A stretch of DNA of 18,433 bases, from contig NW_021824491.1 of NCBI RefSeq assembly GCF_006345805.1, forward strand, positions 1-18,433, in the 5' to 3' direction. This DNA is from Octopus sinensis. Lineage: Eukaryota. The notes under the pieces were generated by a model. The model was not told where the DNA came from and searched no databases. It saw only the letters and a program-made list of their open reading frames with translations. Position 1 is the first letter of the stretch; every line of letters starts with the position of its first letter. Below, in pieces: positions 9,637 to 18,433 of the stretch. The position numbers and the translations under genes were made by a program.

Positions 9637-10740
9637 TTGTATGTGTGTGTGTATACGAGTGTGTGTTAAGACATTACAAGCATCAATTATTGTAGGGTAT
9701 ACGCAAGCGCTTCATTGGGATTTGAACTTCATGTCTATCCCATTCCTTCTCATATCTTTGCTTGCCATACCACACATAGAATTGCCACGTCTCTCTCAAT
9801 TTACTCCATCCATGATTTAGTTGCATAAACTAGCAAGTGTACCTCCATAAATATCACATTTATTTCTCAGATAATACGTCAGTACCTCAGTGCACATAGA
9901 TAAGCTGTTGTATTAATGTCTAACATAGCCAAATATCTCTCTTCGTTGCGTTGTTTATGACGAGAATTAGCCGCATGAATGTGAATAATTATAAGTTAAC
10001 GGTTAATACTGTTATATAAAGGAGATAAGACATTAGTAATTGTAGTATAAAGAGAGTGAGAGAGGGGAAGAGAAGAAGGATGAGAGATAGGGATGAAGAC
10101 CGTAAAGAAATGAGGTATGAATTAGTTGGGTTTGGTCGCTAAATGAACGACGAATTACTCTCTGGTTTACGTTCAGTTTCATCGCTGTTCTGAGCTATCC
10201 ATGGTTAACATGGTGTATCTTCTTATCGGTTGCGAGATAATAAATTCATGGAATGAATTCGAGTTATTCTTATTATCTATTCTGTCATTCCTTTATTCAA
10301 TGATGGAATAATTGTGAACGAGAGGAGAAATATTTTTGTGGTCACTCAAATGTCCAATATATCAAATCTTAGCGTCTTAAAAAATATGGAGCGACATTTT
10401 GGATCACGTGTTTCCCATATTATGACTAAAAGCAAGACAGAATGGTCACGGTTGGAATGCTCTTGATAATAGGTACAGAATAAAAGCAACTTAAAGAATT
10501 ATTGAATTATTGTTTAACAAATGAAACCAAAATATCTGATAAACAGTGACACCTGCAATTGTCAAGCAATTTTCAGTGCCACAAATGTTTTATCTCTCAA
10601 GAAATTCATATCATTCGAACTTTCTCAATTCTATATCATCGCAGTTGGACAAGCAACATCTAGAATCAGACATTATGAGTTGACTCTGTTAATCACCAGA
10701 GTAACTCCTTTGCGATGTTCAATTTCATAGTTAGATTTTA

Positions 10741-10748
10741 CCATTATA

Positions 10749-10780
<32 letters not shown>

Positions 10781-10800
10781 TATTAATATTATTATTATTA

Positions 10801-10881
<81 letters not shown>

Positions 10882-11076
10882 TATTGTTGTTGTTGTTATT
10901 ATTATTATTATTATTGTTGTTATTATTATTATTATTATTATTATTAATATTATTAATATTATTATTATTATTATTAATATTATTATCATTATTATTATTA
11001 TTATTATTATTATTAATATCATCAATATTATTATTAATATCATTATTATCATCATCATCATTATTATTATTATTAT

Positions 11077-11108
<32 letters not shown>

Positions 11109-11113
11109 TCATT
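10741..11113. repeat. Long imperfect (ATT)n tract
   Basis: Directly visible. Confidence 0.97.
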
Positions 11114-11643
11114 GAGTGAGAGAGCAGTTCATGCCATCAAAGTGACACTGGGGTAAAATATACGAAGCCCATATACCCATCATGACTACCCGTCTGATAA
11201 GGGTACACCAGGCACATGCATCACAACCATATGTGCGCGACATGGTGATCTCATATCAAGATAAACAGCACATGAACTTGCAGGTGGGGCCCAGTTAGAA
11301 TTTTCTTCAGTTTGAGTAGCCCATCCCGCTCAAACGGTCCCTGAATAAGGGTTGTTTAGGATGTTGAAAGAACCACCCATGTTTCCAGAGGTGAACTATT
11401 CAAACCCCAAGAATCCCTCTGAACACATGGCTATGATGCTCCCCCACTACTTCTGCTCGTGATCAGATATGCACATATCGTCAGCCACTAAGGGACATGC
11501 TCAACTGATTAAGGTCAAACAACTGACAAGCAAATCTGGGATATTGAGCAGAATATTTGCTGTAGCCCATCTTTTATACCAAGACAAAACAATGTACATG
11601 ATAACACTTCCAATCAGTTAAGATCAGAAGCCATGAGAGCCAC
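11114..11643 (-). mobile_element. 530-bp non-coding, (TAA)n-embedded non-autonomous retroelement, copy 1
   Basis: Reverse complement of 14265-14792 (roughly 25-30 differences by manual count). 11114-~11330 is homologous to the LINE 3' UTR at 12894-~13108. (ATT)n lies on both sides. Confidence 0.85.
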
Positions 11644-11680
<37 letters not shown>

Positions 11681-11681
11681 G

Positions 11682-11749
<68 letters not shown>
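11644..11749. repeat. (ATT)n tract
   Basis: Directly visible. Confidence 0.97.
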
Positions 11750-12882
11750 GTTTGACTTTTGCTTTCTATTTGTACGTGTTGGCTCCAAGCCTCACCCAGA
11801 CACCTCAAGGGACAAGTTAGAAATTGATATTGGTGTTATGCCGAGGATGTCATATGTTTGGTTTGGAACTTAGTATTTTCTAGAGAATGTTTTAGTTAAC
11901 ATAAGAAAATTATGAGCTTCCTTTAAATTTTGAGATTACATAGACAGTAATTTACGTAGGAAATGGGCAGTTCCTATGAGCACTATCTTTTGAATTTCTG
12001 CCATTTTGGGGTTTCCCTGGTATCTGAGCTAGGTAGCAATCCGCCCCTTTTGCTATCATTCCTAAAGCACCTATGACAACAGGTATTGTTGATAAGGCGG
12101 CGAGCTGGCAGAACCGTTAGCACGCCGGGCGAAATGCGTAGCCGTATTTCGTCTGCCGTTACGTTCTAAGTTCGAATTCCGCCGAGGTCGACCTTACCTT
12201 TCATTCTTTCGGGGTCGATAAATTAAGTACCAGTTACGCACAGGGGTCGATGTAATCGACTTAATCCGTTTCTCTGTCCTTGTTTTTCCTCTCTGTGTTT
12301 AGCCCCTTATGAGTAGTAAAGAAATAGGTATTGTTTTAGTCTTGAGATTCCACATTTTGCTAATATACTGTGCTGCTCTATCATGCATGTTGAGATATTC
12401 TGTGTGCGCATATAGGTTGCACATAGGGACAATATGATCAACGGTTTCTGCTTGTTGTTTACATATACGACACAATGAGCTGCTGCGGTTCTTTCAGATT
12501 ATTGGTCTGGTAACTTCTTGTAGGTAGGCATTGATCCATGCTGGTAAGATAAACCCTTTTGTCTCAGATTTTATGCCAGAAGATTCCAGCTATTGATGGG
12601 CAAGGGTCTTGTCAACATCAGCATTTTTAGCCTCTTTGGGCATTTGCCATTGCGAGGTTTTCTTGCCATTTATCACTGAATATAACAAGGATGGCAGTTT
12701 TAGCAAGGGTTTTTATGCGCTTGGCTTTCCTGTTCTTGTTTCCAGTACGTCTGATTCTGGGATTTGTTATATTTAGAATTCACTGAGATATTTCCTTGTC
12801 TGTTCTGTTTCAGAGTATGTGGTTTTCTTGTTTTCATGCTTTAAGACAGGATTTAGTATCCAGTCTTCCGAATTTTTCAGAT
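11750..12882 (-). mobile_element. Decayed R4/Dong-clade (RLE-type) LINE 3' fragment, lineage 1
   Basis: Minus-strand translation: SGIKSETKGFI..., CRICKQQAETVDHIVPMC (12419-12472), EYLNMHDRAAQYI, KMWNLKTKTIPVVIGALGMI, IVLIGTAHFLRKLLSM* (stop 11936-11938). The 3' UTR ends aaaagtcaaac followed by (ATA)n. It is interrupted by a SINE. Confidence 0.85.
12091..12325 (+). mobile_element. SINE family B, full-length copy with 10-bp target-site duplication
   Basis: A-box-like TGGCAGAACCG (12106-12116), B-box GTTCGAATTCC (12170-12180), central ctttcattctttcggggtcgataaattaagtacc. Direct repeat aggtattgtt at 12081-12090 and 12326-12335. Confidence 0.9.
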
Positions 12883-12893
12883 TTATTATTATT

Positions 12894-14050
12894 GAGTGAG
12901 AGAGCAGAGCATGCCAACAAAGTGACACAGGGGTAAAATATACGAAGCCCTATATACCCGTCATGACTACCCGATAAGGGTTCACCAGACACATACATCC
13001 CAACCATATGTGCGCAACATGGTGATCTCATATGAAGATAGACAGTACATGACCTAGAAGTTGTGGTTCAGTTAAAATTTTCTTCAGGTCCATTGGGTCA
13101 TCCCGTCTCCTTCAACTTTCTAACATCCTCTTTAGAGTTCTTGTTGTTCGTAACTCGGTTGTTTTCTGCAACAGACCCGTTTTGATGGTAATTCTTAGAT
13201 TCTCAAATCTTGCACCCATTTATAATGTGGTGTATTGTTTCACCTTTCTCAACAAAACCTATAAAGTGAGGAAGTTATTGACTTGGCAAGATTGAACTCG
13301 GTATGGTTCTTGTTCTGGAGCTGCCAAGATACGAACTTCAGTTTCAAATTTCAAGTCGCTTTTCCTAGTCCTTTCCCAGATTTTATCTTTGTCAAATGTT
13401 TCACTCATTTCTCGTAAGTATTGACCATACACCTTTTTTCTTCCCATCTATTCAAGGTGTCATTCAGTCTGTCTTGTTTAAAACTCCCCTTTTTCTATTG
13501 CTTCATCACTGCATCGGAGTTTTATCTTCCAGACTCCTGCCATCAAAATCTACTTCGAATTCTTTACATAACATGCTAAATCATTTTCCTCATATTTCCC
13601 ACACAATTCACAACTAAGGCTATCTCTTCTTCCTTTCTGCCGTGGGAGATACAACCCGTCCATGTCACTTTGCGGGTATAGAGAACCATTTGTAGTTTCA
13701 TCATATCCTTGGTCTTTCTATCAACCTCCCACTTCTCTTCTCTATCAGCGCTATCGCTGTAGCATACAGCTGCAATGACCCATCTCTCAACTGCTAGTCT
13801 CTTATTCCTACCATTCAACTTTGTTCTTAACACCAATTTCAGTCTCCGTTTATAATTCTTTGATATCAATCCTATCATTTCCTTTCATTTATTCTGGTTC
13901 CAGGATGCCATAATACGTACTTAAAACCATTGTCGTCAATTTCCTCCATAATTTGTCCGTCGGGTAACATAATTCCTTCTATCCCATCCATGCTACCTCT
14001 CCTCACATTTTTATAACAAATTCCATCCCTATGTCCATGTTGAACATAAT
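12894..14050 (-). mobile_element. Decayed R4/Dong-clade LINE 3' fragment, lineage 2 (tail partner of the 530-bp element)
   Basis: Minus-strand translation: MDIGMEF, KRRLKLVLRTKLNGRNK, YGQYLRE, DLKFETE..ILAAPEQ, RFC/GETIHHIINGC, GLLQKT...LKRMLES* (stop 13112-13114). The ~218-nt 3' UTR ends ctctctcactc followed by aataataat. Confidence 0.85.
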
Positions 14051-14095
14051 GATACTACTACTACTACTTCTACTACTACTACTACTACTACTTAC

Positions 14096-14158
<63 letters not shown>

Positions 14159-14175
14159 TAATAATAATAATAATA

Positions 14176-14216
<41 letters not shown>

Positions 14217-14264
14217 TAATAATAATAAATAAGAATATAATAATAATAATAATAATAATAATAA
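14051..14264. repeat. (CTA)n followed by imperfect (AAT)n
   Basis: Directly visible. Confidence 0.95.
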
Positions 14265-14792
14265 GTGGCTCTCATGGCTTCTGATCTAACTTATTGGAAG
14301 TGTTATCATGTACATTGTTTTGTCTTGGTATAAAAGATGGGCTACATCAAATATTCTGCTCAATACCAGATTTGCTTGTCAGTTGTTTGACCGTAACCAG
14401 TTGAGCATGTCCCTTAGTGGCTGACGATATGTGCATCTCTGATCGCGAGCAGAAGTAGTGGGGGAGCATCATAGCCATGTGTTGAGAGGGATTCTTTGGG
14501 GTTTGAATAATTCACCTCTGGTAACATGGGTGGTTCTTTCAACATCCTTAAACAACCCTTAATCGGGGACCTTTTGAGTGGGATGGGTTACCCAACAAGA
14601 AGAAAATTCTAACTGGGTCCCACCTGCAAGGTCATGTGCTGTTTATCTTGATATGAGATCACCATGTCGCGCACATATGGTTGTGATGCATGTGCCTGGT
14701 GTATGCTTATCAGACGGGTAGTCATGATGGGTATATTGGGCTTCGTATATTTTACCCCAGTGTCACTTTGATGGCATGAACTGCTCTCTCAC
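14265..14792 (+). mobile_element. 528-bp non-coding, (TAA)n-embedded non-autonomous retroelement, copy 2
   Basis: Starts gtggctctcatggc, the same 5' nucleotide as copy 1, and ends ctgctctctcac. (AAT)n lies on both sides. Confidence 0.85.
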
Positions 14793-14954
<162 letters not shown>

Positions 14955-16470
14955 CAGTAGTCTTATTTTTATCACGTGCTTTCATTGCACTACCGAGCGC
15001 AGACTCTGTGTACCGTAGGTAATTGCTGTGTTTTGTTTTGTTGTTGTTATTTTCAATGTATTAGAATTGCTTTACACTGGATGTGTGTGGTGCCTAGTAG
15101 TGCTACTTTTCCTATGTCATATATATATATTCGTATGGTTATGTATGTTTTTGACTGTATGATTTTTAATCTCATTTAATGCTCTCATTATTATACTGAC
15201 TGTTTCTGTTTTTAGGCTCAGCATTCGGGTTACCTCTATTTCCAGATCTTTGTATATTTAATGTTTCTCCGTTTCTTTTAGAGATACCTTGTTACTTGTT
15301 TGGATTGATACATCGATTACAAAGCATTTTTTGTAATCTCTGATAACTATATCCAGTAATTTAGCCTTGATTTCTCTCTCTGTGTTTATTGGCATATCCC
15401 AGAGAATGGTTACTTTGCCATTTTCTGAGACCTTTTCTGGAGTGTACCTATACCATCTTTTTTCCGTTGTTATTCCATAGTGTTGGCATAGCTTCCAGTG
15501 TATGTAGGTTCCAACTCTGTCATGTCTCTGAATATATTCCTTCTTGGCCATTGACAATATGATTTATTGTTTCTTCCCCAACACCACATCTTCTGCAGTC
15601 ACTTGTTTCTGGTGGTTTCTAGTTGGGAGGCTTTGATCATGTTCTGCAATTAAAAGTCCTTCAGTCTCTGCTTTGAGTCCTGACCTTATCAGCCATTGAT
15701 GAGATTTTGCCTTGTATAATTCTTTTCTGTTCAGCTTATCCCAGTCTTTGCCGCGTAAGAGCTTTCTTTGCCATCGTTTTATCGTGGTTATTTTGTTGTT
15801 CCAACTTTAGTTTAGATTCCAGTTGCCTTACGGCATTTGTTATTTGCTCTTTTTCTTCGTGACTTTTTTCATGTAATTTTCGGCCTCCTTGCAGACAAAA
15901 CAGTTTTTTTTTGTCTTGCTCATGTTTTGTGGCTAGTTGTACCAGTTTTCCTTGCTTCTAAGTTAGAGATTTCTATAATCCTATGGTGGTTATTTTATAG
16001 TAGTTTTCTAGTTGCATAAGTCCTCTACCACCTTCAATTCTTTGTATATATAACCTTTCTATGCCATGTTTTGGGTGGTGTATCCTAAATTCTGTAATTA
16101 ATTTTGGCGCTTCCCTGTCTAGCTTGGTTCGTTCATTTAGTGTCCAATTAAGACTATTCTAACTGTAACTTATAACAGAGTGTTGATGCCTATTATCATG
16201 TTTTTCGCATTAAGCTCTGTTTTTAGTTTTAATCTAACTCGTCTATAGTATTCCTTCCTTACTTTCTCTTTCAGCTGAGTGTGTTGTCCGTATCTAGTTC
16301 ATTGCTTCCGGAATATTTGTATGTCTGGCTTTGGTCTATTTCTCTTATTTCATTTTCTTTACCTAATTTGATACTATTACTTGTTACTACTTTTCCTCTT
16401 TTCTAAGCCGAATTCCATGTTATTTCTTTGGTAAATATTTGCACTGTCTGTAGTAATGATTCTAGTTGTT
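14955..16470 (-). mobile_element. Decayed R4/Dong-clade LINE 3' fragment, lineage 3 (RT end, thumb, zinc knuckle, RLE)
   Basis: Minus-strand translation: KQLESLLQTVQIFTKE, TYKYSG, KEYYRRVRL, HHPK..ERLYIQRIEGGRGL, GLKAETEGLLIA, CRRCGVGEETINHIV, YIQRHDRVGTYIHW, ILWDMPI..DIVIRD..FVIDVS..KETEK, YKDLEIEVTR. A short 3' UTR ends ctactg followed by (AAT)n. Many frameshifts. Confidence 0.9.
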
Positions 16471-16553
16471 TATTATTATTATTATTATTATTATATTATT
16501 ATTATTATTTATTATTATTATTATTATTATCATCATCATCGTCATTATTATTA
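16471..16553. repeat. (ATT)n/(ATC)n tract
   Basis: Directly visible. Confidence 0.95.
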
Positions 16554-16745
16554 GGACAGCAAGCTTCAAGAATCCTTAGGTCGTTGCTCAAAATACTTTG
16601 TGGCATTTATTTCAGCTTTTTTACGTTCCGAGCTCAAATCCCGCTAGGATCTTAATCCTTTCGCTGTCAATAAAAACTTTCACCATTCAAGTACCAGGTC
16701 ACGACAGACGGCTGACCTCCTCGCCCTAATATTGTCAGCCTCCTG
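16554..16745 (+). mobile_element. Highly diverged SINE family B copy
   Basis: Colinear remnants: agaatccttag, tttacgttccgagctcaaatcccgc, atcctttcgctgtcaataaaa, aagtaccag. Confidence 0.5.
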
Positions 16746-17009
16746 CTTCAATCAGAAATAACTGTTAACATTCCTATGTTATTCTTCTATTACTTTTCTA
16801 TTTGTTTCAGACATTTGACTGCGACCATGCTAGAGCTCCGTCTTTTTAGTCGAACAAGTCGACACCAAGACTTATTCTTTGTAAGCGTAGCACTTATTCT
16901 ATCGGTCTCTTTTGCCGAACCGCTAATATACGGGAACGTAAACACACCAATCGATGATGGGGCAACAAACACAGAGACACAAGTATATGCATACACACAC
17001 AAACATAAG

Positions 17010-17040
<31 letters not shown>

Positions 17041-17061
17041 TATATATATATATATATAGTT

Positions 17062-17095
<34 letters not shown>

Positions 17096-17120
17096 ATATA
17101 ACATACACACACACACACAT

Positions 17121-17484
17121 CCTTGTCTACGTCCTGTTTTTTGTTTTGTTGTTTATTTTTTATTTTTACCGTTATTGTTTTACGTTTTTGTATTCTTATT
17201 GGTGTCACGTATTCTGTATTTTTGTTCGTGTACTTCGTTCGTTTTCCGTCCTCGTGTTGTATACATTCGAAGCTTTCTTCCAGGGGATCTAAGCGCTGGC
17301 TTAGATTTCCCTTGGCGGGCTGCCATATCGGAGCAATCTCAAGATTAATCAGCCGAAATTGCTAAGATGATCTGGTTCTTGACTGATGACTGAGGGCTTC
17401 GAATGTCCCGTCCTGTGGTTCTTGTGTCGTCTCTGTGGTGTTTCATGTTCTTGTCCATGTCTGTAATTATTTTTACTGTTTACC
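17121..17484. mobile_element. 364-bp structured insertion nested in the SINE-internal CA/TA microsatellite
   Basis: Absent from the intact SINE copy at 2941-3310. It contains an 11-bp long-range stem (17263-17273 with 17396-17406), a hairpin at 17283-17310 and a hammerhead-like core. Confidence 0.6.
17332..17393 (+). ncRNA. Hammerhead-like motif with non-canonical (pseudoknotted) strand order
   Basis: AGCAA-UC/UCAAGA, UCAG-CC-GAAA-UUGCU and UCUUGA-CUGAUGA-CUGA. Helices III (5 bp plus A-U) and I (6 bp) are perfect and abut the core nucleotides exactly; helix II (4 bp) is offset by 2 nt. Confidence 0.35.
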
Positions 17485-17615
17485 TATATATATATATATA
17501 TATATATACGACAGGTTTCTTTCAGTTTACGTTTACCAAATCTACTCAGAAGGCTTTGATCGGCACGAGGCTATAATAGAAGCCACTCGTCCAAGGTGCT
17601 ACGCAGTAGGACTGA

Positions 17616-17900
17616 TCTTTTATCTTTTACTTGTTTCAGTCATGCTCAGCCACTTGCACGCTAATTTCGCGAGAAAGCTGTTCCGTTGATCGGATCAGAT
17701 GGGACCTTTGTCATCGTAACCGACGGAGTGCTCCTTCATACGACGCACTTCGTTCAGTTTCCATCTAGCAAATCTACCCGCAAAGTTTGATCAGCCGAGA
17801 CTAGAGCAGAAAACACCTGTTAATTGTGCCACGCAATGGGACTGAAACCGCCAGAATGGGGTTGAGAAGCTATTTTCTGGGCTCAGAACCACGCCTGCAC
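17616..17900 (-). mobile_element. Chimeric SINE: family A 3' end (17616-17642), family C segment in the opposite orientation (17643-17734), family A 5' half (17738-17900)
   Basis: Piecewise similarity to 2941-2970, to the reverse complement of 3754-3840, and to 3165-3310. Confidence 0.65.
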
Positions 17901-17905
17901 CAGTA

Positions 17906-18131
17906 CAGTAATCCTTCGCCATATCGCGGTTCACCTATCGCGGCTTATTATTTAAGCTTACTTCGATTCTTCCGTGGTGTTGTTTTGCATTTGTGATAAA
18001 ATAAATATATACAAATTATAAAAATAATTTTAAAAAGTATACAACACAGTACTATTTCGTCTTCGCGGAATTTTACCTATCGCGGGGCGGGGCTGAAACG
18101 TAACACCCGCGATAGTCGAAGAATTACTATG
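17906..18131. mobile_element. Tigger/pogo-like (Tc1/mariner superfamily) MITE, ~225 bp
   Basis: Imperfect TIRs cagtaatccttcgccatatcgcgg and ccgcgatagtcgaagaattacta; TA at 17904-17905 and TA just after the right end; subterminal repeat cctatcgcgg; AT-rich non-coding interior. Confidence 0.7.
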
Positions 18132-18433
18132 TATCAAATTCTTTCCAAATGTTTAAGGTAGTTTTATGTGGTTTTTATGTTATTTCTCAAATCATATTGA
18201 ATCAAAGCAAGAGAAACCAATAATGACTGAATTAGCCGTTGTACCATTCTCCAGTATCGTAGAAGGAGGAATTCCACAATATGGCGCCTTTATATTTTGG
18301 TATTTCTATTCAAGACTTGACCCACATGGAGTCGACTAACACATTTTAATTTAGTTCCTAGAAGAACAAATTCCAATCACCTATATTATCTACATTTTCT
18401 ATCCACATATCAATAATTAATACATCTTCTCAT

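Larger units (their letters stand above)
16790..17615 (-). mobile_element. SINE family A copy split at its internal microsatellite (3' half 16790-16972, 5' half 17507-17615)
   Basis: Both halves align with 2941-3250. The normally short internal CA/TA tract is expanded and contains an unrelated 364-bp segment. Confidence 0.75.

Noticed and set aside
10677-10707. 11-bp bulged hairpin as a possible miRNA precursor or structured RNA
   Set aside because: Too short for a pre-miRNA and expected by chance in AT-rich DNA.
12091-12190. tRNA gene (also the heads at 3240-3310 and 90-159)
   Set aside because: A/B boxes continue into SINE bodies, there is no complete cloverleaf, and one copy has a TSD.
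14265-14480. HDV-like ribozyme or tRNA promoter in the head of the 530-bp element
   Set aside because: No P1/P3/L3 arrangement could be fitted by eye, and there is no B-box at tRNA-like spacing from the weak A-box-like start.

Overview
Eukaryotic, AT-rich, microsatellite-saturated DNA with no supportable host protein-coding gene. The SINE types and repeat density look like a coleoid cephalopod (octopus-like) genome; this is inference, not a database result. Almost all ORF-track calls are microsatellite translations. The window is a nest of mobile elements. (1) Several tRNA-derived SINE families. (2) A 5'-truncated L1/Tx1-type LINE sitting inside a (TATC)n tract (6856-8021). (3) A chain of (TA)n-bounded segments (8315-9581) with a minimal Penelope-type hammerhead ribozyme and two near-perfect palindromes. 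(4) A 5.8-kb cluster (10741-16553) of five (TAA)n-embedded insertions: three decayed R4/Dong-clade LINE fragments and two copies of a ~530-bp non-coding element that shares its 3' tail with one of them. (5) A 364-bp insertion nested inside a SINE, carrying a hammerhead-like core with non-canonical strand order. (6) A Tigger/pogo-like MITE. All alignments, translations and folds were done by eye.
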